A stretch of DNA of 64,000 nt. Origin: Patescibacteria group bacterium (GTDB taxonomy: Bacteria > Patescibacteriota > Patescibacteriia > UBA10025 > JBIOWE01). Positions 57,437-64,000 of the stretch are shown here, piece by piece; within the stretch, counting starts at the first letter, position 1, and the number at the start of each line of letters is the position of its first letter. The position numbers and the translations under genes were made by a program. The DNA is taken from the NCBI GenBank assembly GCA_044868145.1, contig JBIOWE010000006.1, positions 284,537 to 348,536 on the forward strand, read 5' to 3'. The notes under the pieces are model-generated. The model did not search any database and was not told the DNA's origin. It was given only the letters and a program-made list of their open reading frames with translations.

Positions 57437-59026
57437 TTAGTTCGCCAGAAGGGGTTGCCCGGTCATTTCTGGCGGTTTCGGTAAATGCATTTTCTCCAAG
57501 ATAGTCACCGTGACGTCGGACAAAACGCCCGCGGGCTGGAGCAAACTTAAATCGTGCGCCATGATCATATCTTTGAACGGGGTAACACCTTCTAAATCCT
57601 TGCTGACAGCAATAAAGGGCACAGGATTAACGCTGTGCTCTTTATCCATGACGCCGGTTTGAACATTCAAAAGCTCTTCCGCGTTGCCGTGGTCGGAGGT
57701 AATAAACGCAATGCCGTCGAATTGCAACGTCGCGTCCACTATTTGCCCGACGCATTCGTCAACAACTTCGATTGCCTTGAGCGTCGCTTGAATGTTGCCG
57801 GTGTGAGCCACCATGTCCGGGTTCGCGAAGTTGACGACGATAAATCCGTATTTGCCTTTTTTCATTTCCTTAATTAAGCGATCGGTGATTTCGTAAGCGC
57901 CCATTTCAGGTTTTTGGTCGTAGGATGAAACGCTGGGGGAAGGAATGAGCACGTTGTCCTGGTCGTCAAATGGCTTCTCCCGGCCGCCGTTCAAGAAATA
58001 GGTGACGTGCGCATACTTTTCCGTTTCTGCGATATGTAATTGCGCAATCTTTGCCTGCGCAATCACCCATGCGAGCGGTTGCTCGATGTATTGCGGCTTG
58101 AACGCGACGATTACCGGTAAGTCTCTATCGTATTCGGTCATCGTCACGAAAAACAAATTACGCATGTAGGTCGCGCGCGGAAATTTCTCGAATCCGGGAA
58201 GGATAAAAGCTTTCGTCAATTGGCGCGAGCGGTCGGGACGAAAATTGAAAAAAATCACCGCGTCCCCGTCTTGTACGGTTGCGACCGGCTTGCCGCCCTC
58301 CTGAATAACGGTTGGTAAAAACTCCTCATCGAAGTTTTGCTGAGCATACGATTTTTCGATCGCATGCAACGGGTTTGCGTCAACACGGTCGCCGACGCCA
58401 TCCACCATTGCTCGGTACGCTTTTTCTTCACGATCCCAACGATTATCTCGATCCATCGCGTAGTACCGACCAACAAGCGTAGCAATTTTTCCAACTTTTA
58501 CCTGCTTTATCTTCGTATTCAATTTCTGTACGAAATTGACTCCGCTCTGCCGAGGCGCGTCTCTACCGTCGAGTATCGCATGGATTGCCACGCGCGAAAG
58601 TTTTTGCTTCTTGCAGAATTCCAGCAAAGCGAACAAATGCTCGAGAGAGCTGTGGACGCCGCCCGCGCTCAACAACCCAATAAGATGCAGGGTGGATTTT
58701 CGTTTCCGCGCATGATTCGCGGCTTGCAAAAAAGCTTCATTCTCAAAAAACGATCCATCAGTGACAGAACGGGAGATCCGGGGCAGATCCTGGTAAACAA
58801 TTTTCCCCGCGCCGAGGTTCAAGTGACCCACCTCGGAATTTCCCATTTCTCCCCACGGAAGTCCGACTGCTTCGCCTGAGGCGTGCAGCGTCATGGTTGG
58901 ATAGCGATCAATCAGGCTATCGATGTATTCCGTATTGGCCACGGAAAGAGGATTGCCCTTTGAAGGAGGCGCGATGCCCCACCCGTCAAGAATAATCAAT
59001 ACCGTTGGTTTTACGACTTTTGGCAT
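57437..59026 (-). CDS. gpmI: 2,3-bisphosphoglycerate-independent phosphoglycerate mutase
   Basis: ILDGWG N-terminus. Catalytic Ser motif GNSEVGHLN. DGRD, SDHGN and DMVAH metal-binding motifs. 529 aa. Confidence 0.9.
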   Translation of the reverse strand: MPKVVKPTVLIILDGWGIAPPSKGNPLSVANTEYIDSLIDRYPTMTLHASGEAVGLPWGEMGNSEVGHLNLGAGKIVYQDLPRISRSVTDGSFFENEAFLQAANHARKRKSTLHLIGLLSAGGVHSSLEHLFALLEFCKKQKLSRVAIHAILDGRDAPRQSGVNFVQKLNTKIKQVKVGKIATLVGRYYAMDRDNRWDREEKAYRAMVDGVGDRVDANPLHAIEKSYAQQNFDEEFLPTVIQEGGKPVATVQDGDAVIFFNFRPDRSRQLTKAFILPGFEKFPRATYMRNLFFVTMTEYDRDLPVIVAFKPQYIEQPLAWVIAQAKIAQLHIAETEKYAHVTYFLNGGREKPFDDQDNVLIPSPSVSSYDQKPEMGAYEITDRLIKEMKKGKYGFIVVNFANPDMVAHTGNIQATLKAIEVVDECVGQIVDATLQFDGIAFITSDHGNAEELLNVQTGVMDKEHSVNPVPFIAVSKDLEGVTPFKDMIMAHDLSLLQPAGVLSDVTVTILEKMHLPKPPEMTGQPLLAN

Positions 59027-60582
59027 AGGTTCGTCTTTCGCATAACGGACGGCGGATCAATGCCCATGAGCGATAAAATTGTTGGCGCGACGTCCGCGAG
59101 AATGCCGTGCCGTTTCAATCGCACGTTGCGGAATCGCTTTGAGATGACGAAAAACGGTACTGGATTCATGGAGTGCTTCGTTTCAATTTCGTCGCTATCA
59201 GCATAAAGCATCTGCTCGATATTTCCATGGTCAGCAGTCAAGATGATTGTCCCGCCTTTCGCGTTTGTGGCCGGCACAACTTGTTTCAAGTAAGAATCAA
59301 CGTACTCGCACGCTTTCACCGCAGCCTTGAGATTACCACTATGGCCAATCATATCCAGGTTCGGATAGTTCACAAGGATAAAATCATGCATTTTGCTTTG
59401 AATCGCCTTCAGCAGCGTGCGGGTCAACTTTGCGCCACTCATTTGCGGAACTTGATCATACGATTGGACGGAAGGCGATTTAATCATAATACGCTCTTCT
59501 CCCGCGACTGGCTGCGCATAGCCGCCGTTAAAAAAATACGTGACATGCGCAAACTTCTCCGATTCTGAAATGAACAATTGGCGCCTGCCGGAGAGCACAA
59601 TCGGTAAACTTTTTTCAACGCGCACGCTGGGAAAGGCGCAGAGGATGTTCGGCAGATCTGGGCCAACTTCCGTCAATGTCACGAATAAAAAATTTTTCAA
59701 TATTTTTTTTCGCGCGAATCCGGCAAATGTCTTCTTATCCTGCGTGAACGCTTTTGTGAGTTGGCGCACGCGGTCGGACCGCAAATTAAAGAAAATAGCT
59801 GCATCGTTGTCCGCAATGCGTGGAAAAATTCGACTGTTATGGCGCAAGACGGTTGGCGTTAAATACTCGTCACTTTCTCCACGGTTATACCCGCGAACAA
59901 TTGCTTTCTCCACGTTGCCGGCGCGCAAGCCCTCACCAAGCACAAGCGCGTCGTACGCTTGCCTCGTGCGTGACCACTCTTTAATCCGGTCCATCGCATA
60001 ATACCGGCCCATCACTGTCCCGATTTTGTAATCACTCGGCAAGATACGGCTGAATTTTCTAAGTGTTGCGACGGAAGCGTACTTCGGCGCGTCGCGACCG
60101 TCCGTGAACAAGTGCAAATACGCATTCTTCACGCCGGAGACCCGAGCCAGCGAAATCAGTGCAAGCAGGTGGTCCGGATCCGCATGCGCGCTTTGGTCGC
60201 CGGTAAAGAGCCCTATCAAATGCAAATTCGATTTGTATTTCTTCACGTGCATGATGGCGGCATGGAGCGCTGCGTTCTTAAAAAATGTTCCATCGTTTAT
60301 GCTGTGGGAAATCCGCATCGCGTCCTGTTCAACTATCCGCCCGGCGCCAATATTCAAATGCCCGGCTTCGGAGTTCCCTGCTTGATTTACCGGCAAACCA
60401 ACTGCTCTCCCCGATGCCTCCAAGAGCGCGAAGGGATGACGTTCGAACAATGAATCAAGAAAGGGTGTTTTTGCTTGTGTAAAGGGGTTGCCGCGCTTCT
60501 CTTTTGTATAGCCCCAACCGTCAAGAATAACAAGAACGAACGGTTTTTTAGTACGGCCACTTTTTTTCATACGAGTTCCCAC
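59011..60582 (-). CDS. gpmI: second 2,3-bisphosphoglycerate-independent phosphoglycerate mutase paralog
   Basis: ILDGWG, GNSEAGHLN, DGRD, ADHGN and DMIGH motifs, all intact. Overlaps the downstream paralog by 16 nt. Confidence 0.85.
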   Translation of the reverse strand: MGTRMKKSGRTKKPFVLVILDGWGYTKEKRGNPFTQAKTPFLDSLFERHPFALLEASGRAVGLPVNQAGNSEAGHLNIGAGRIVEQDAMRISHSINDGTFFKNAALHAAIMHVKKYKSNLHLIGLFTGDQSAHADPDHLLALISLARVSGVKNAYLHLFTDGRDAPKYASVATLRKFSRILPSDYKIGTVMGRYYAMDRIKEWSRTRQAYDALVLGEGLRAGNVEKAIVRGYNRGESDEYLTPTVLRHNSRIFPRIADNDAAIFFNLRSDRVRQLTKAFTQDKKTFAGFARKKILKNFLFVTLTEVGPDLPNILCAFPSVRVEKSLPIVLSGRRQLFISESEKFAHVTYFFNGGYAQPVAGEERIMIKSPSVQSYDQVPQMSGAKLTRTLLKAIQSKMHDFILVNYPNLDMIGHSGNLKAAVKACEYVDSYLKQVVPATNAKGGTIILTADHGNIEQMLYADSDEIETKHSMNPVPFFVISKRFRNVRLKRHGILADVAPTILSLMGIDPPSVMRKTNLCQKS

Positions 60583-61826
60583 GCGTCGATCTCAAGGAGT
60601 CGGTTATATTTCACGAGTCGCTCCCCACGCGAGAGTGACCCAGCTTTGATGTAATCCGCGCCGACGGCGACGGCGAGGTCAGCGATGGTCGTATCAGTCG
60701 TTTCGCCAGAACGATGGGAAACCACCACGCGATAGTTGTTTTTTTGAGCAAGTTTGATACACTCGATTGTTTCGGAAAGCGAGCCTATCTGGTTCACCTT
60801 GATCAAAATTGCGTTCGCCGCTCTTTGGTCAATGCCGCGTCGCAGTCGTTCAGTGTTCGTTACGAACAAATCGTCCCCCACGAGCATAACAGACGAACCG
60901 AGCGAGCTCGTGATCTGACGCCAACTATTCCAGTCATCTTCCGCGAATGGATCCTCAATCGACGCGAGGTGATAATTGCGCATCCACTCTTTATATAAAC
61001 CTTGCAAACTATCAGGCGTCAACTTGCTGCCTTCTGGCTTCAGTACATACGCGTTGCCCTGCGGCTGGTAAAATTCAGACGAAGCCGCGTCAATGCCGAG
61101 TACAGCATCCGTGCCAGGTTTGTAGGACGCGTTTTTTATAGCCTCGAGGATGATGGAGAATGCCTGGTTGTGCGATGAAAGTTTCGGCGCAAATCCGCCC
61201 TCATCGCCAACGAGCGTAGAAAGGTTTCGACGGGTGAGCAGGTCTTTTAAGCTGTGAAAAACCTCCGACCCAAGACGCACATTTTCTTGAATCGTTTTTT
61301 TTTTCGGAATGAGCAAAAATTCTTGCACGGAGAATCCGGAGTCCGCGTGCTTGCCGCCGTTCAAAATGTTAAACATAGGTACGGGCATGCGCATTGGCTT
61401 TGGGAACTTATACGTGAAGCGTAGATACTCGTGGAGCGGCATGTTCTTACTGATCGCGGACGCATGGGCAACAGCAAGCGATACACCAAGAATCGCGTTT
61501 GCTCCAAGTCGCGATTTATTCGGCGTTCCGTCGAGCTCAATGAGTGTCTTGTCAACCGCTTGCTGATCGAACGGGTTTTTCTTTGCGAGCGCTTTGGCAA
61601 TATCAACTTCCACGTGTCGCGCCGCGTTGCGAACACCCCTTCCGAAAAAGCGTTTTGGATCTTTATCCCGGAGCTCAAGCGCTTCATGCGTGCCCGTTGA
61701 TGCGCCGGACGGAACGCAGGCAATGCCAACGCTTCCGTCAGCCAGGGTAACGCGTATTTCAAGAGTGGGATTACCGCGGGAGTCCAGTATCTCGAGTGCC
61801 TGAATTGATTTAATGGTAACTGTCAT
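60567..61826 (-). CDS. eno: enolase (phosphopyruvate hydratase)
   Basis: ILDSRGNPT and GASTG motifs. Catalytic-loop SHRSGETTDTTIADLAVA. 419 aa. Confidence 0.95.
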   Translation of the reverse strand: MTVTIKSIQALEILDSRGNPTLEIRVTLADGSVGIACVPSGASTGTHEALELRDKDPKRFFGRGVRNAARHVEVDIAKALAKKNPFDQQAVDKTLIELDGTPNKSRLGANAILGVSLAVAHASAISKNMPLHEYLRFTYKFPKPMRMPVPMFNILNGGKHADSGFSVQEFLLIPKKKTIQENVRLGSEVFHSLKDLLTRRNLSTLVGDEGGFAPKLSSHNQAFSIILEAIKNASYKPGTDAVLGIDAASSEFYQPQGNAYVLKPEGSKLTPDSLQGLYKEWMRNYHLASIEDPFAEDDWNSWRQITSSLGSSVMLVGDDLFVTNTERLRRGIDQRAANAILIKVNQIGSLSETIECIKLAQKNNYRVVVSHRSGETTDTTIADLAVAVGADYIKAGSLSRGERLVKYNRLLEIDAWELV

Positions 61827-61892
61827 CTTGAAAAAATTAAAAAGTAAAAGTCAAAAAGTAAAAAATAATGTAAAGAAATTTTCCTAAACTTT

Positions 61893-63089
61893 TCATTTTT
61901 CGTTTTTACTTTTTACTTTCTTCATAAGCGGCGCGATTCCGGGAAGCGTTTTGCCTTCCAGGAATTCGAGCATCGCGCCTCCGCCTGATGATAGAAAAGA
62001 AAAACGCTTTCCAAGTCCGAGGCCGTGTATTGCGTCAAGCGTTTCGCCGCCCCCAGCGACAGAAAACGCTTTTGTGCTCGCGACGGCTGATGCGATTTTT
62101 TTCGTGCCGTTCGAAAAACGTTCAAGTTCAAACCAACCCATTGGTCCGTTCCAAACAACAGTTTCCGCCTTGTAGATTATCGTTTGAAATAAATTGATTG
62201 TGTCTGGCCCGACGTCGAGAATCGTTTCATTTTCCCCAACATTCGCGACTGCGCACGTTCGCCCATGTGCCCGTTCACTGGCTTCTTGAGCGACAACCAC
62301 ATCAACAGGGATATGCAATTTGTTATCAGTGAGAGGCAAATGTTTCGCTTGCTCCATCATGGTTTCTTCGATCAATGATTTTCCAACCTGTAATCCTTGC
62401 GCTTTCAGAATGGTGTTCGCGAGCGCGCCGCCAAGCAACAAGTAATCAACTTTTTTCAACAACTCTTTGATCACTCCGAGCTTCGTGGAAATCTTCGCGC
62501 CACCGATAATGCCGACGTATGGCCGCTTCGGTGCGCCAACGAGCTTCGACAGCTCAGCGACCTCATGCGCCAACAGAAATCCCGCGTAACTCGGCAAGGT
62601 GGCTGCGATGCCCGCTGTCGAGGCATGCGCTCGGTGTGCTGAGCCAAAAGCGTCATTCACGTACACATCGCCGAGACGAGCCAACTCGCGGATAAAACCA
62701 GGGTCATTCGTTTCTTCGCCTTCGCAAAATCGTATGTTCTCAAGCAAGAGGATTTGTGATTCTTGTAACGCGCCTACGGCGTGTTCCGCTTCTTCCTCGC
62801 CAGCGCAGTGCGGCACATAGCTTATAGACTGTCCGGACAGAAGTGCTCTTAGTGTATCAAAAACAGGCTCCAACCGATATTTGCCTTGTCTGGTTCCGTC
62901 GGGCCTGCCTAAATGACTCAACAGTATTATTTTTGCTTTCTGTTTCACGAGATACTGGATCGTCTCCAAGGCCGCCCGAATCCGCATGTCGTCATCAACC
63001 TTGCCGTTACTGATCGGGACATTAAAATCCACTCGCACGAGCACACGCTTTCCTGCCACGTCCGCTTCTTGTATTGTCCGCAACTTCAT
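61893..63089 (-). CDS. pgk: phosphoglycerate kinase
   Basis: KRVLVRVDFNVP N-terminal signature. LSHLGRP. GGGA motifs. The start is set at MKLRT. Confidence 0.9.
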   Translation of the reverse strand: MKLRTIQEADVAGKRVLVRVDFNVPISNGKVDDDMRIRAALETIQYLVKQKAKIILLSHLGRPDGTRQGKYRLEPVFDTLRALLSGQSISYVPHCAGEEEAEHAVGALQESQILLLENIRFCEGEETNDPGFIRELARLGDVYVNDAFGSAHRAHASTAGIAATLPSYAGFLLAHEVAELSKLVGAPKRPYVGIIGGAKISTKLGVIKELLKKVDYLLLGGALANTILKAQGLQVGKSLIEETMMEQAKHLPLTDNKLHIPVDVVVAQEASERAHGRTCAVANVGENETILDVGPDTINLFQTIIYKAETVVWNGPMGWFELERFSNGTKKIASAVASTKAFSVAGGGETLDAIHGLGLGKRFSFLSSGGGAMLEFLEGKTLPGIAPLMKKVKSKNEK

Positions 63090-63116
63090 GGAGTAAAACA
63101 AAAATTTCTACCATAA

Positions 63117-63145
63117 ATTATAGCAGAAATTTGAAGAAAAGTCAA
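63117..63145 (-). promoter_or_regulatory. putative sigma70 promoter of the pgk-eno-gpmI operon
   Basis: Minus strand reads TTGACT-17 nt-TATAAT, ~30 nt upstream of the pgk start. Confidence 0.55.
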
Positions 63146-63292
63146 AACCGAATCAGTGGCAACTGATTCGTATTCGAATTGTTATGTACCGAAAAAACCC
63201 TTTCCGAAATCAGGAGGGGTAGATTCTAGTCACTTAATTTTTTTGGATAGTAGCGTCTTTCGCGGACCACCTTGATCCGTGATTATATTACA

Positions 63293-64000
63293 TTAATACT
63301 TTGGTCGCGGCATTCCAACCTTTGTCGGCCCTAGCAATCCTGCGTTATCTACTGGCGTTCTTTGGAGTTTCGGATTACCCGAAGGAAGTGAGTAACTATT
63401 CAAGGCACCTCCAACAATTTCATCTCTCACCTCTCCAGCAATGTCTCTAGCTATATCTCGAGTGGTATTGGGGGGTCCGATAACTTTCATCGCACGTAGT
63501 GCCCCCAGAAACGGAATTGCTGCTGAGACGACATTATAGGCATCACCCCAAGTTCCCTTGCCCTGGGCTATCTTGTAAATTGATTCTCCTGCACCGGCTA
63601 TACCCATGATAAGGCTTGCTCCAGCGAAGGGTAGATTATTAATAAAATCGTCAGAATCAATTCGACCACTCTTCGCAAGGTCGCTAGCACTCTTATGGCG
63701 CGCAAAATACTGTCCAAGATTCATTGCCGCAGCTAAGCTGGGCTGTCCATAGGCATAGGGTTGCTCCGGCGACATACTAGTGGTTTTCGATAGTCTGGCA
63801 ACCGTCTCCATGTGGATTCCCCCACTTATTGCTAAGCTCTGTGCCAGGCTCGTAACGAAAGAGGTTGGCATTGCTACCGCATCTATTGTCGCCGTTATTA
63901 CAACTTCCTGAAGCACGGTAGTTCCAATTACGGGAGTAAACCCTGGCAATTCCTGAAACCCGGTCGGGTCAATGAAGTTGGTCGGGCTATTGTTGACGTA
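63293..64000 (-). CDS. C-terminal end (5-prime truncated by the window edge) of an RHS/YD-repeat or polymorphic-toxin-like protein. It carries the DPxG(L/F) boundary motif, then a ~220-aa variable C-terminal domain with glycine-zipper segments
   Basis: The frame is open to the window edge. YVNNSPTNFIDPTGF matches the conserved RHS core-end motif (Y..NNP...IDPxGL). The downstream domain is Gly/Ala-rich (LIMGIAGAGESIY, IPFLGALRAM). Confidence 0.5.
   Translation of the reverse strand, partial: YVNNSPTNFIDPTGFQELPGFTPVIGTTVLQEVVITATIDAVAMPTSFVTSLAQSLAISGGIHMETVARLSKTTSMSPEQPYAYGQPSLAAAMNLGQYFARHKSASDLAKSGRIDSDDFINNLPFAGASLIMGIAGAGESIYKIAQGKGTWGDAYNVVSAAIPFLGALRAMKVIGPPNTTRDIARDIAGEVRDEIVGGALNSYSLPSGNPKLQRTPVDNAGLLGPTKVGMPRPKY

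Overview
This 64-kb window is a gene-dense bacterial chromosomal segment, about 44% GC, with frequent 4-nt start/stop overlaps and an RNase P RNA of bacterial type A. It probably comes from an uncultivated bacterium with a reduced genome; a CPR/Patescibacteria-like origin is an inference, not an established fact. It has four parts. (1) Positions 1-27,500 hold a large cell-surface glycan super-locus: a NagB-like deaminase, a WbpB/WbpD/WbpE-like 2,3-diacetamido-sugar module, and a WbpG-HisH-HisF amidotransferase triad. It also carries a second DegT/acetyltransferase/dehydratase set, GT1/GT2/GT4/GT9 transferases, a Wzx-like flippase, methyltransferases, a complete ADP-heptose pathway with split HldE, and an Arn/UXS-like UDP-sugar dehydrogenase-epimerase-decarboxylase-GT2-GtrA module. 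(2) Positions 27,986-32,644 hold a translationally coupled pair: a PDZ membrane protein and a secreted S8 subtilase fused to a roughly six-bladed FG-GAP beta-propeller. A multi-TM protein and a bacterial PH-domain protein sit beside them, followed by lepA and murJ. (3) Positions 36.4-39.6 kb form an accessory-looking island of five small hypothetical minus-strand genes, two of which carry a shared conserved 5-prime leader motif, plus about 700 nt of noncoding DNA. (4) Positions 39.6-47.3 kb hold a second glycan cluster (DUF4012 protein, three GT4, a Wzz-like protein, an initiating phosphoglycosyltransferase). After it come rnpB, plsC, rnhA, two small secreted or membrane ORFs, recJ, and a minus-strand operon pgk-eno-gpmI-gpmI-acs-small ORF-korA-korB. 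The window ends on the C-terminal tip of an RHS/polymorphic-toxin-like protein. The most notable non-coding signals are these: a dual-hairpin element present twice (39545-39621 and 51721-51787) with compensatory base changes, and GC-rich CCCGCCCG...CGGGCGGG palindromes at 51.85 kb and 57.3 kb. No CRISPR array, tRNA, rRNA, transposase or integrase was recognised.
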